Shown piece by piece: positions 21,253-31,575 of a stretch of DNA of 64,000 bases (position 1 is the first letter of the stretch; each line of letters starts with the position of its first letter). The notes below the pieces were generated by a model that searched no databases, was not told the origin of the DNA, and was given only the letters and a program-made list of their open reading frames with translations. This DNA comes from a phage. Location of the stretch: the NCBI GenBank assembly GCA_025677605.1, contig GCA_025677605.1_4110.1; one strand, written 5' to 3'. A program made the translations under genes and the position numbers.

Positions 21253-24200
21253 ATGTACTCGATAAAAACAGATCTAGCAGTAACTGGTAATACTAATGTT
21301 GGTAAAGAATTATCAGTTAAAGGTAATGCGGTCTTCGATAAAAACGTAACCATTAAGGGGACCGTTAGTTTCGCTGATGCTACCTTCACTGCAATTACAG
21401 TAGATCAAGCAACAATCAACACAACACTCGATGTTACAGGCAAAGCGTCACTTAAGGGTGGAATGGATGTACTTGGCAATACAGTTATTGGTAATACTAC
21501 TGCTGGTTCCGATACAGCAACTATTAATTCCAATGCTACTTTTAATGGCACTTCTACTTTTGCCAAAGATATTACACAAACATCAGGAAAAGCAATTTTT
21601 CAAGATACCACCACTTCTGCATTAGAAGTTAATGGTACAACAACATTAAATGGTAACCTCACTGCTGCGGCAGCAACCACTGCAAGCTTTGATAAATTAA
21701 CTGCTAATGAAGCAACCATTGCAACTGTATCAGCAACTGATATTACTGCAACTGGTGCAACCGTTGAGAATCTAACTGTAACTGGTAAATTAGATGGTGA
21801 TTTCACATTAGGGGATGTTAATACCGATAATTTAGTTGTTGAAAAACTATCTACATTAAAAGGTGCTGTAACCCTAGAATCAAACATCATTGGTACTAAT
21901 ACTGTAGCAAACCTAAAAGCTGTATCTTTGGGTTCTAATGCAGCGGATTCGACTGCACGCCTAGGCTTTGCATATACTGCTCCTGGTTTACGCCCAACTG
22001 TAATTCTACAAAACGAAGTACAGTCCGAGCTAATGACACCAGCAAATCTAACAGTACTTAAAACTGCTACATTTGGTGATGTATCAGCAGCAACCAATGG
22101 TATTACCGCAAAAGGTTTGAACCTATTTGATTACCTAACACTTTCTGGTAACTCAATACAAGATCCAACCACACCAATTCTACGTGTAACTAAAGGTAAA
22201 ACACAATTAACTGACCTACAAGTTGATGGAACTACTAATATTACTGGTAAAACTACTGTTGGTGATTTGGATATTACTGGAACACTATCAGGTAACTTTG
22301 TACTAAGTGATATTACTGCGGATAATTTAGTTGTTGAAAAACTAACTACACTAAAAGGTGCATTAAACCTAGAATCTAATATTGTTGGTTCAACTGCGAA
22401 TGCTAATTTAAAATCTGTCACTTTAGGTGGAAACGTAGCAGACACGAATGCTAAAGTTAACTTTACATATACTGCTCCTGGTTTACGTCCAACTGTAATT
22501 CTACAAAACGAAGTACAGTCCGAATTAATGACCCCAGCAAATCTAACAGTGCTGAAAACTGCTACATTTGGTGATGTATCTGCATCTACCTACGGTATTA
22601 CAGCAAAAGGTTTGAACCTATTTGATTATTTGAAAATAACTGGTAATGCGGTACAAGATCCAAATACATTAACTCTAGATGTGGATGGTAAGGCTCAATT
22701 CAAAGACGTTAATTTCACTGGTACAGTTACTGGTTTTGTTCCTGACATTTCTGGTCAAGATATTACACCTAAAGATGTAACTGCTTCTGGTAATATTAGT
22801 GGTGTTAATCTAGATGCTTCTGGTACACTAACAGTTGATGGGGATTCCGTTCTAAAAGGCACAACTATAACTGATTTGACTGTTACTGGAACTACAACTG
22901 GTATTACACTAGCTGGTCAAGACATTACTCCTAAAGATGTAACTGCATCTGGTAATGTTAAAGGTGTTGACGTAACTGCATCTGGAAACCTAACAGTTGA
23001 CGGTACTACCACATTGGTTGGTAACACGGTAGTTGATGGTTTATTTGAAGTTGTTGGTCAAACAACCACTGTTAAAGATTTGAACGTTACTGGTACACTA
23101 TCTGGTGCTGCAATTAAAGCAAACGTTGATGGTCTAGACATTCTACCTAATTCTGTAACCACAACTGAAGAAGTTGCAGTGGGGACTAATCTAAGTGTTG
23201 GTGGAAACGCACTCTTTAGTGGCTTGAAAGTTGAAGTTACTGGTAAAGTTACTGGTGTTGGTTCTGATGCATTAGAAACTGGTTCAATTGAATCTGACGG
23301 TACTATCACTGCCCCAAATATCACAGCAACTACTAAAGTGACCGCAGCTTCCGCACAAATTACCGGAACCGGAACTGGTCTAAGTGTAGATCATAATGCA
23401 TCAGTTGGTGGTGATTTAAATGTTACTGGAACTTTAACGGCTGGTGTTATTGACCTAAGTGCGGCTGATGTAACTGTTAAAACACTTGATGTATCTGAAA
23501 GTGCACATGTAGGTGGAAACCTAACTGTTGATGGTACTGTAGATTTAAGTGCAGCAGATGTAAGTGTTAAATCTTTAACTAGTGCTGGTCCTGTGATTAG
23601 TAATGATGCTACTGGAACTAACATTCTACCAAAATTACAAAGTACTGATATTACTACAACTAACAGTACAACTGGTACAGCAACAGTAACTACAGCAAAC
23701 ATTTCTACATTAAATGTTACTGGTGAAAGTACATTGGCTGCTGTTTCTGCTGTTTCTGTAACTACTCCTTCTATTGTTAATACCGATGGTATTAATTTAG
23801 AAAATGATACAGTTGCACATGGTGACCTAACTGTTAAAGGTACATTTACACCTGAAGGTGGATTAGATTTAAGCCCAGTTGATATCAGTTCTAAATCATT
23901 AACAACAACTGAAGGTGCAACCATTGGTGGAAGCTTAACTGTTGATGGTGCAATTAATGCTGCTGCGGCAGATCTAACTGTTAAATCACTAACTTCTTCT
24001 GGTGTTATTACTGTTACTGAAAATACTGAACCAAGTATTCTACCAAAACTAACAAGTACTGAAGCAACCGCTGGTAAATTGAATGTTACTGGTGATGCAA
24101 CAGTCGGTGGTAAAGCGACCGTTTCTGGTGCACTTGAAGTTACTGGTGCTTCAACATTTGGTAACGCAGTAACTGTAAACGTCGGTGGTATTACTGCTAA

Positions 24201-26796
24201 AGGTGGCTTGACTGTTGCTTCTGGAAACTTGAAAGTTGCTGCTGCGGCAGTGGTTGATGGTTCAGTAAGTGCTGGTTCATACACAAGTGCTGGAGATAAA
24301 ATAACACTAGCTAAACCAACAGATGTTACTGGTGATTTGCACGTTGAAGGTGCTTTCACTGCAACTTCCGTTGATTTTAGTACAACTGATTTAACTGTTA
24401 AATCACTACAAGTTGATAATGACGTTACTATCGATGGTAACTTGACTATCACAAATGCTGATTTGGAAACTAACTCATTAGCAAGTACTACAAGTACTAC
24501 TGTTGGTACTGACCTAATTCTAACTACTGGTACAATTACTGGTGCTCCAACAATTTCTGGTGCAACTACACTAAGTTCAACCCTACATACTGTAGGTGCT
24601 GCAACTTTTGATGGTACTGTTGATGTTGGTGGTAAAATTACTTCTAAATCAATCCAAGTAAGTGCTACTGGTGTTGGTGTAGCTGTTGATAATGATGCAA
24701 CTGTTGGTGGTTATTTGACAATTGGTGAAACATTAGGTGTTACTGGACTAAGTACTCTGTCTGGTGGGGTTGATGCAGGTTCTGCATTAATCAAAACTAC
24801 TGGTGAAGTTCAATCAGCAACTCTACAAACTTCTGGTAAAGCAACACTAGCAAGTGTTGATGTTTCAGGTGATGCAGTTGTTACTGGTGACCTAACTGTT
24901 AAAGGTGCATTTACACCTGAAGGTAGCCTAAACTTAGGTTCTGCTGTTCTAAACGTTGAAGGTGTTGATGCAAGTGCTAACTTAACTGCACTCGGTTCTG
25001 TAACTGCTGGTACTACACTAACTGTTACTGGTGTTTCAACTCTAAATGGTGGTACTAACACTACTACTCTTTCAACAAGTGGTAAAGCTACATTAAGTAG
25101 TGCGGAAGTTACTGGTGCTCTAAGTGCTGGTGGTGCTTTGGCTGTTACTGGTACTACAAATCTAACTGGAAAACTAACCGCTGGTGAAGCTGCTCTCAGT
25201 TCACTAACAGTTTCTGGTGATGTTACCATTAATGGAACACTAAACCCTGGAACATTGGATCTATCTACTACTCCAGTTGATGCGAAAAGCTTGAAATCTA
25301 GAGAAACACTAGAAGTTACTGGTCTAAGCACTCTAACTGGTGGTTTGGCTGTTAGTGCAAATACCGCAATCACTGCTGCTGGTGACATTACTGGTACTAC
25401 AATTACCACAACTGGTAAAGGTACATTTGGTAGTGCAGCGGTAACTACTGGTTTGACTGTTGGTGGTGCTTTGGTTGTTAATGGTGCATCCGTGAACATC
25501 TCTGATGCTTCTACTGTGACTATGCCTAAAGCTGATATTTCTGCGAAAGGTATTATCATCGGTCCTAAAGTTAGTTCAAGACCGGAAACTATCCAATTTG
25601 TTGGTGATACTTATATTGGTAGTAACCTATTTGTTGCTGGTAATATTAACGGTTCAGTAGATTTGGCTGGTCAGGATATTTCCCTGAACTCATTAACTTC
25701 TAATACCACAATTCACGCAGTTGAGGATATTACTACTGATGAAGATATGCACGCACGTGCTGCAACATTCGGTGCACAAGGTTCAACAGCTAACAGCCTA
25801 ACTGTTAATGGTAACGCAGTAACTACTGGCGACTTTACTGTTAGTGGTAAGATTATTGGTACACTGGACCAATCTGCAAGTGCAGTCGAAGTTAAATCTC
25901 TAACTTCTACAACCTTTATCGCTGCTGGTACAACCCTAACAGTTGGTTCAACAATCACTGCTGAAGGTTTGAGTACTTTGAAAGGTGGTATTGCAACTAA
26001 TGGTGCTACAATCAACGCTGGTGATGGTGCAATCACTACAACTGGTGATGTGTCTGGTGCAAACGTTAGTGCGTCTGGTGCAGTAACTACTGCAACTATT
26101 ACAACTTCTGGCCTAGCAACTATGGCAAGTGCTAAGATTAACACTACTCTAGCAGTTACTGGTGCAACTACACTATCTGATGTTGTTACTATCGGTAAGA
26201 AACTAACTGTTAGTACTGGTGGTATCGAAATCACTGCGGGTGGCTTCAATGTAGTTGCGGGTGGTGCAGCAATTACTGGTGCTACTAACCTTAAAGGTGC
26301 TGTAACACTAGGTTCTGCGTCTGCTGATGCAATCACAGTTACTGGTACATCTTCATTTGCTGAAAATGCAACATTTGCTAAAGATGTGACTATTGAAGGC
26401 ACACTACATACAGATATTGCTGATTTAGTAACTGAAAGTGTAACTACTAAAAAGTATGCTGTTACACCTGCTGCTAAAGTACAGGCATCTGTTGCTGCTC
26501 CAAGTGAAGGAACATGGTCACCTGATGGTGAGTCTAATGTGTACTATATTACACTAGACCAAGCATCAACTACACTAGGTCCAATTAACGGATTGATTGG
26601 AAGTGGTAAGGCTGGTTCTTACTATATCTACGTACAACAAGATGCAACTGGTGGACGTGAACTTATCACTGATGGTACTTATGCAGTAGTAGGTGGTGAG
26701 ATTAACAAAACACAAAATACAGTTAGTATCATTCAGTTGATTTATGATGGATACAGCCCAGTAGTAGATATGTTTATTGCACAACGTACTGCTTAA
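21253..26796 (+). CDS. Long tail fiber (1847 aa), highly repetitive T/G/A/V-rich
   Basis: Recurrent LTV(D/T)G and TVKSL motifs, internal tandem duplications; GGAGGG RBS. Antisense ORFs here are compositional artefacts. Confidence 0.85.
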   Translation: MYSIKTDLAVTGNTNVGKELSVKGNAVFDKNVTIKGTVSFADATFTAITVDQATINTTLDVTGKASLKGGMDVLGNTVIGNTTAGSDTATINSNATFNGTSTFAKDITQTSGKAIFQDTTTSALEVNGTTTLNGNLTAAAATTASFDKLTANEATIATVSATDITATGATVENLTVTGKLDGDFTLGDVNTDNLVVEKLSTLKGAVTLESNIIGTNTVANLKAVSLGSNAADSTARLGFAYTAPGLRPTVILQNEVQSELMTPANLTVLKTATFGDVSAATNGITAKGLNLFDYLTLSGNSIQDPTTPILRVTKGKTQLTDLQVDGTTNITGKTTVGDLDITGTLSGNFVLSDITADNLVVEKLTTLKGALNLESNIVGSTANANLKSVTLGGNVADTNAKVNFTYTAPGLRPTVILQNEVQSELMTPANLTVLKTATFGDVSASTYGITAKGLNLFDYLKITGNAVQDPNTLTLDVDGKAQFKDVNFTGTVTGFVPDISGQDITPKDVTASGNISGVNLDASGTLTVDGDSVLKGTTITDLTVTGTTTGITLAGQDITPKDVTASGNVKGVDVTASGNLTVDGTTTLVGNTVVDGLFEVVGQTTTVKDLNVTGTLSGAAIKANVDGLDILPNSVTTTEEVAVGTNLSVGGNALFSGLKVEVTGKVTGVGSDALETGSIESDGTITAPNITATTKVTAASAQITGTGTGLSVDHNASVGGDLNVTGTLTAGVIDLSAADVTVKTLDVSESAHVGGNLTVDGTVDLSAADVSVKSLTSAGPVISNDATGTNILPKLQSTDITTTNSTTGTATVTTANISTLNVTGESTLAAVSAVSVTTPSIVNTDGINLENDTVAHGDLTVKGTFTPEGGLDLSPVDISSKSLTTTEGATIGGSLTVDGAINAAAADLTVKSLTSSGVITVTENTEPSILPKLTSTEATAGKLNVTGDATVGGKATVSGALEVTGASTFGNAVTVNVGGITAKGGLTVASGNLKVAAAAVVDGSVSAGSYTSAGDKITLAKPTDVTGDLHVEGAFTATSVDFSTTDLTVKSLQVDNDVTIDGNLTITNADLETNSLASTTSTTVGTDLILTTGTITGAPTISGATTLSSTLHTVGAATFDGTVDVGGKITSKSIQVSATGVGVAVDNDATVGGYLTIGETLGVTGLSTLSGGVDAGSALIKTTGEVQSATLQTSGKATLASVDVSGDAVVTGDLTVKGAFTPEGSLNLGSAVLNVEGVDASANLTALGSVTAGTTLTVTGVSTLNGGTNTTTLSTSGKATLSSAEVTGALSAGGALAVTGTTNLTGKLTAGEAALSSLTVSGDVTINGTLNPGTLDLSTTPVDAKSLKSRETLEVTGLSTLTGGLAVSANTAITAAGDITGTTITTTGKGTFGSAAVTTGLTVGGALVVNGASVNISDASTVTMPKADISAKGIIIGPKVSSRPETIQFVGDTYIGSNLFVAGNINGSVDLAGQDISLNSLTSNTTIHAVEDITTDEDMHARAATFGAQGSTANSLTVNGNAVTTGDFTVSGKIIGTLDQSASAVEVKSLTSTTFIAAGTTLTVGSTITAEGLSTLKGGIATNGATINAGDGAITTTGDVSGANVSASGAVTTATITTSGLATMASAKINTTLAVTGATTLSDVVTIGKKLTVSTGGIEITAGGFNVVAGGAAITGATNLKGAVTLGSASADAITVTGTSSFAENATFAKDVTIEGTLHTDIADLVTESVTTKKYAVTPAAKVQASVAAPSEGTWSPDGESNVYYITLDQASTTLGPINGLIGSGKAGSYYIYVQQDATGGRELITDGTYAVVGGEINKTQNTVSIIQLIYDGYSPVVDMFIAQRTA
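21784..22700 (+). repeat. In-frame tandem duplication (period 495 bp) inside the fiber gene
   Basis: 21979-22133 and 22474-22628 are near-identical, both encoding APGLRPTVILQNEVQSELMTPANLTVLKTATFGDVS; a further 165-bp repeat encodes GQDITPKDVTASGN at about 22753 and 22918. Confidence 0.85.
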
Positions 26797-26804
26797 TATA
26801 AATG

Positions 26805-26830
26805 GTGCGGGGTTTTCCCCGCACTGTATT
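26805..26830 (+). terminator. Putative terminator or stable 5' hairpin
   Basis: Perfect hairpin GTGCGGGG-TTTT-CCCCGCAC after the fiber stop; only a weak T-tract follows. Confidence 0.5.
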
Positions 26831-26862
26831 GTAAATAATTTAATTTTAAATGAGGAAATATT

Positions 26863-27651
26863 ATGGCTCAATTTACATATGTGAGTGGTAGTTCAGCGGC
26901 AGATTACAAACTAGGTAAAATAATTTCTAATCCTAGAGGTGTTAAAGGTCAATCACGTAGTCCACAACCACCCAATGATCCTAGTGGTGAGTATTTTTAT
27001 ACATACGACGATGTTCGTCCATTCTATGGTATTAAACTAAATCCAAATGCAGAAATACCAAAAGCTGCTGATGAAATTCGCAAGAGAGAAGGCTTCTGGT
27101 GGTTAGAATATGTATCTGTTGGCGATAGAAATTCAAAGGGTGAATACCTTGAATATCGCAAAATTGAAGGTGATGCAGTAGTTACATTTAACGAAACCGA
27201 AGTAGCACCATATGCAGCATTAACCGCAGTAAAAACACAAACCTACATTGATATGGATTTGGCTGATGTTAAAGCTGATTTGAAGCAAAGAACCGCATAT
27301 GAACGAGATAATTTAATTAATAGTGGTTATCATTATAAAAATGCTGACGGAACAGTTGATGTAACATTCCCTAGTGATGTTAATGGTCGTCAGATGTTAA
27401 ACAACTATTATACACAAGCGATTAATGGTTCCCAAACTATTAATATCTATCTAGATAGTGGTGAGATTGTAACAGTTGATGGTGATGAGATGGTTGAAAT
27501 TTTCAATGGTCTATTGGCACAAATCGACGGATACTTTAATGACGCAATTGCACAACAAACTGCAATTGATGCAGCAACTACCATTTTTGATGCACAAAAA
27601 GCAGCAACTTTTGTATATCCAGATCAATCTAAGATCCCAGTACGTAATTAA
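26863..27651 (+). CDS. Hypothetical protein, possibly fiber-associated
   Basis: 262-aa ORF with GAGGA RBS between two fiber genes. Confidence 0.7.
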   Translation: MAQFTYVSGSSAADYKLGKIISNPRGVKGQSRSPQPPNDPSGEYFYTYDDVRPFYGIKLNPNAEIPKAADEIRKREGFWWLEYVSVGDRNSKGEYLEYRKIEGDAVVTFNETEVAPYAALTAVKTQTYIDMDLADVKADLKQRTAYERDNLINSGYHYKNADGTVDVTFPSDVNGRQMLNNYYTQAINGSQTINIYLDSGEIVTVDGDEMVEIFNGLLAQIDGYFNDAIAQQTAIDAATTIFDAQKAATFVYPDQSKIPVRN

Positions 27652-27660
27652 TAAACACTA

Positions 27661-27691
27661 AGGTCAACTATGGTTGGCCTTTTCTTTTTCT
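27661..27691 (+). terminator. Intrinsic terminator
   Basis: AGGTCAAC-TATG-GTTGGCCT stem (one G-U wobble) followed by TTTCTTTTTCTT. Confidence 0.65.
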
Positions 27692-27704
27692 TAAAATAAA
27701 TACT

Positions 27705-27713
27705 TGATATAAT
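27705..27713 (+). promoter_or_regulatory. Extended -10 element TGATATAAT, with AATAAATA just upstream
   Basis: TGaTATAAT about 20 nt upstream of the 27733 start; no clear -35. Confidence 0.4.
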
Positions 27714-27732
27714 TGTATGAGGATAGTCAATA

Positions 27733-29706
27733 ATGTCAATTAATAGAATTCGTGGTGATGGTGGTGTTATCATAGATAGCAAAGCATTCCTTGAACTACC
27801 AAAAGCCCCAACGATAGTAACAGCAGACCAAATGCGTACAGGTATGATTCGATACAACACTGAATGGAAAGCATTCGAAGGTGTTCTTGAATTTGAAGAT
27901 GGTTCAGTTGCGTATAGACGTTTTGCGAACCTAGATGCAAATGGTAAACTATTGTCATCTCAATTACCAGATTCTGTAACAAGTGGATTGCAATTCCTTG
28001 GTACATATGATGCTATTGAAGATGATACTAACCCACCCGCATCCTATGCAGCATTACCTGCACCATCTGTTTCCTTAAATGGTGATTATTATGTAGTTCG
28101 TGGTATTATGGATGCCGCACAAGAGCACTATACACAAAATACCCCTACAACAAGTCCAGTTAAATTCACACCAGTGAACCCAACTGGTCAAGGTGATTGG
28201 ATTGAAATTCTATATTATATAGATCAAAACCCAATTGAACCAACTAAAAAATTGGTAAGTTATGCATTTGCTCGTATTGTAACAACTGCAATCCCAGCAA
28301 GTGGTCATGAAGGTCTTGTGGATTTGGCACAAGATGAATCGATCACTACACCGTTTGATACATCTTTAACACCACAAGGTCAGACTGCATTAGCTGACAG
28401 TGATTGGATTATAATCACAGAAACGAAAAACATTCGCCTACGTCAGTCAAGAGCTAGTATTTCAGCTTCTTCAGTACTGTATGATAACACTATCATGGTT
28501 GGTAGTCAACGTCAATTTAGTACCAACGCAGGTACAGTTCAAACTACCTTAGATAACCTCGTATTAGAGGGCTTACGCCGCACTGGTGACTCTATGGTTG
28601 ATGATGGACTGATAGGCAAAGGAAGACTAGGGGTAACTTATGGTAGTGCTACAGAGCCAGCTATAGGCTTTAATAACGCTCCATATGACCCAAATACTAA
28701 CCCAGGAAACGATCCAAGTAAATGGACTGACACAAAAACTGGTATTTTCCACCCAGCAGATGCCGCTATTGGTTTAACCACAGCAGGTGTTGAACGTGTG
28801 AGAGTAACAAATGGTTCTTTGAATTTATATCAAAGCACTACTACTCCCGCATCTGCACCAACATTACGTTTTGCTAATGCTTCCAACACAAACGTAGGCA
28901 TTAGTGGTGAAAATAATATTTTGTCATTTAGTTCTATGAACAAAGTACAAGTTGAAATACAAAATGGTGTAACCAAATTACATGGAAACTTAGAAGTTGA
29001 TGGTATTAGTACTTTAACGGGTGATGTTACGGCGGTTTCAAATGTTACAACTAATGGTAATTTGAACGTTAAAGGGAATACTATATTAGGAACTGGTATT
29101 TCAACTAATTTATTAACAGTTAACTCGGTGTCCACGTTTAATAAAGAAACTAATTTTAACAATGCTAATAATAATTTTAATGGAATCCTGCTAACCAGTG
29201 GTAATTCATTTAGATTTGCACACGTTACCAACGATATTAATATGAAACTACTAAACGGTGAATTGCGTATGGATGTTCGTGGTTATGCGGATTTATCTGT
29301 ATATGACAGTAATGTGTTGCGTACACGTATTAACCGTTATGGTATCCAATTACCAGTACTAACAACTGTTAATGACAGTGAAGGTGTTGATGGTATGATT
29401 GCGTACTCTGAACAGAATAGAACATCAATGCAGAAAGTTGATGGTAAATGGGTTCCGATTGGTTCTGGTACAGTAAGAACTACATTATTCACTGTTGATA
29501 ATTGGGTACTTGATGGTGCATATTACAGACTGACAGTTCCAGAAACTGATATAGTTAATGCTGAAATTCAAGAACAAGTAGCAACTGATGAATTTGTTAA
29601 AGTTGATGTTGATAGTGTTAAGTTTACATTAACTGGTGTAGTTTATAGTATTCCTTCTTCTCCTGATGTTCGTTTTGCAGGAAGAACATTAGTAACAGTG
29701 AAATAA
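27733..29706 (+). CDS. Tail fiber protein
   Basis: 657-aa ORF rich in T/G/N/S with fiber-like composition. Function inferred from composition and context. Confidence 0.75.
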   Translation: MSINRIRGDGGVIIDSKAFLELPKAPTIVTADQMRTGMIRYNTEWKAFEGVLEFEDGSVAYRRFANLDANGKLLSSQLPDSVTSGLQFLGTYDAIEDDTNPPASYAALPAPSVSLNGDYYVVRGIMDAAQEHYTQNTPTTSPVKFTPVNPTGQGDWIEILYYIDQNPIEPTKKLVSYAFARIVTTAIPASGHEGLVDLAQDESITTPFDTSLTPQGQTALADSDWIIITETKNIRLRQSRASISASSVLYDNTIMVGSQRQFSTNAGTVQTTLDNLVLEGLRRTGDSMVDDGLIGKGRLGVTYGSATEPAIGFNNAPYDPNTNPGNDPSKWTDTKTGIFHPADAAIGLTTAGVERVRVTNGSLNLYQSTTTPASAPTLRFANASNTNVGISGENNILSFSSMNKVQVEIQNGVTKLHGNLEVDGISTLTGDVTAVSNVTTNGNLNVKGNTILGTGISTNLLTVNSVSTFNKETNFNNANNNFNGILLTSGNSFRFAHVTNDINMKLLNGELRMDVRGYADLSVYDSNVLRTRINRYGIQLPVLTTVNDSEGVDGMIAYSEQNRTSMQKVDGKWVPIGSGTVRTTLFTVDNWVLDGAYYRLTVPETDIVNAEIQEQVATDEFVKVDVDSVKFTLTGVVYSIPSSPDVRFAGRTLVTVK

Positions 29707-29709
29707 AAA

Positions 29710-29736
29710 AAAAGGGAGACAAATGTCTCCCTTTTC
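29710..29736. terminator. Bidirectional intrinsic terminator
   Basis: A-run, GGGAGACA-AA-TGTCTCCC hairpin, T-run, between convergent fiber and thyA genes. Confidence 0.8.
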
Positions 29737-29738
29737 TA

Positions 29739-30668
29739 TTATACAGCCATTGGTGCTTTGATTGTTGGCATTGGATTGTAATTCAAAAGTTTGAAAGAAT
29801 CCATTGTAAAATCTTCAATATCGGTAATTGAAGGATCTAGCCATAATTCTGGTAAATCACGCGGTTCACGTTGAAGTTGTTCTTTAACTTGTTCTACGTG
29901 GTTTTTGTAAATGTGACAATCACCACCATTCCAAATAAACTCACCAACCTCAAGTCCAGTGATTTGTGCAATCATATGGGTTAGTAGTGAATAGCTACTA
30001 ATATTAAATGGTACTCCCAAAAATAGATCCGCACTGCGTTGATGTAGAATACAGCTTAGCTTACCCTGTACGACACAAAACTGTACGAAGCTATGGCAGG
30101 GTGGTAAAGTCATATCATCAAGCTCACCAACGTTCCAGGCACTTAGAATGTGACGACGACCGTATGGATCTGCTTTGATACCTTCAATGACTTGTTTTAG
30201 TTGGTCAGTAACACGACGCATAACAACACCATGTGAACCAGTATAATCAATTACTTTATAACCTTTATCTTTTAATTCTTGAATTTCTGCTGTACTGGCA
30301 CTGAATTTATAATCTTCCCATTCACGCCATTGCTTACCATAAACTGGTCCAAGCTCACCATTAGAATATCCAAGAGCTACACCTTGATTAAGGTAGTTGT
30401 CTGTCCAAATTGTTTTCTTTTCCCAATCACGAGTGCCGTGTAGAATTTCACACAAGCGACGCTCATCATGAGAACCTTCAATGAACCATAATAATTCTGA
30501 AGTCATTGCTTTCCAAGCTAAACGTTTGGTTGTCACTGCTGGAAAGCCTTGTTGAAGGTCAAAACGCATTTGTTGACCGATTAGTTTGATAGTACCTACA
30601 CCTGTACGATCAGTACTTTCTACGCCTTCATCCAGAATTTTTTGATATAGTTCTTGTAGTTGTTTCAT
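29739..30668 (-). CDS. thyA: Thymidylate synthase
   Basis: Colinear with E. coli ThyA: DRTGVGT, GPVYGKQWR, SAWNVGELD, catalytic LPPCH, QRSADLFLGVPFNI, IKAPMAV C-terminus. Continuous ORF, no intron. Confidence 0.93.
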   Translation of the reverse strand: MKQLQELYQKILDEGVESTDRTGVGTIKLIGQQMRFDLQQGFPAVTTKRLAWKAMTSELLWFIEGSHDERRLCEILHGTRDWEKKTIWTDNYLNQGVALGYSNGELGPVYGKQWREWEDYKFSASTAEIQELKDKGYKVIDYTGSHGVVMRRVTDQLKQVIEGIKADPYGRRHILSAWNVGELDDMTLPPCHSFVQFCVVQGKLSCILHQRSADLFLGVPFNISSYSLLTHMIAQITGLEVGEFIWNGGDCHIYKNHVEQVKEQLQREPRDLPELWLDPSITDIEDFTMDSFKLLNYNPMPTIKAPMAV

Positions 30669-30671
30669 TGT

Positions 30672-31262
30672 TCATCCTTGAAAAAATGTTGTAAAGTGCA
30701 TCATATGCTTTTCTTGTGCATTTCTTGAGCCTATTCCCGTCCAATTTCCATGCGGCTTAGGTACTGATGCGGTTTCTTCGAATTCTTTTAGTACTGGATT
30801 ATATGAATATACTTTTCTGTCATTAATGTCATAGCAGTATATTTCAGGATTATCAGTACTGTCAATATACATTTGTACAGCCCATGCAGTACCACCACTA
30901 ACTTGAGTAGGTGAAACCAGTGATGCCATACAATAAACTCTCTCTGTGTTTAAAATTTGATATCTATTACGAGCTAATAGATTATAAACATACGAGCCAG
31001 GTTTAGGTACACGGCGTTGTAATGAATAACATGCCATGTTTAGTTGATGTAGAATAGAACTATCATTCAAAATATAAGATGGGATTTCTAATATAGTACT
31101 TTCATCAACACTATGATTATGATTTTTGAATGAAAAGTTAATTACATTAAAACCATTTTCCATAGCATATAAAGTGAAAAAGCGGTCTGCACCTTGTGCA
31201 CCACCGCTATAAAATGTATTAGTTAATCCCTTGATTGCTTCATCAAGTTCATTTATCGTCAT
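30672..31262 (-). CDS. SLOG/DprA-like Rossmann-fold protein
   Basis: SGGAQGADRFF glycine-rich loop and later SGGTAWAV resemble SLOG-superfamily (DprA/LOG/YpsA) motifs. Weak, motif-only call. Confidence 0.55.
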   Translation of the reverse strand: MTINELDEAIKGLTNTFYSGGAQGADRFFTLYAMENGFNVINFSFKNHNHSVDESTILEIPSYILNDSSILHQLNMACYSLQRRVPKPGSYVYNLLARNRYQILNTERVYCMASLVSPTQVSGGTAWAVQMYIDSTDNPEIYCYDINDRKVYSYNPVLKEFEETASVPKPHGNWTGIGSRNAQEKHMMHFTTFFQG

Positions 31263-31575
31263 TCTTATGTTCCAAAGCAGACATTAATTCTTGTAATTTC
31301 TCATCCTCTAATGCGAAACTGGTTTCAAGGGCTGCCAAAATGACAGCACCAGCTTTGATTAAGGACTCTCTAAATTCATCGAATGATACATGCTTATCGG
31401 GGCGAGTTGCCCCTTCGAAGAGATAATAGGCACATAAGGAAGCCCAATCATTCTTTGTTTTAAGTGTATCAGATAATGTATTTGGATTATCTATTTGTTT
31501 CTGTCTTTCTTCAGTTATTTTGAGAATGATATCTTCTCTAGTAACTTTAGCCATTCTTACGCTCTGCAAAAACAA
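31249..31575 (-). CDS. Hypothetical small protein (start uncertain)
   Basis: 108-aa ORF overlapping the upstream gene by 29 nt; an internal Met (MAKVTRED) is a likelier start. Confidence 0.5.
   Translation of the reverse strand: MFLQSVRMAKVTREDIILKITEERQKQIDNPNTLSDTLKTKNDWASLCAYYLFEGATRPDKHVSFDEFRESLIKAGAVILAALETSFALEDEKLQELMSALEHKNDDK

Noticed and set aside
21600-26402. Long minus-strand ORFs inside the repetitive fiber gene (21600-22097, 23391-24452, 24810-25559, 25713-26402)
   Set aside because: They lie antisense within a coherent 1847-aa fiber frame; the biased composition suppresses stop codons on the opposite strand, and their products are low-complexity.
29739-30668. Possibility that the thyA homolog is a dUMP/dCMP hydroxymethylase, or carries a T4 td-like intron
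   Set aside because: Close colinearity with canonical ThyA including LPPCH favours true thymidylate synthase, and the ORF is continuous; a hydroxymethylase role cannot be fully excluded without a phylogeny.
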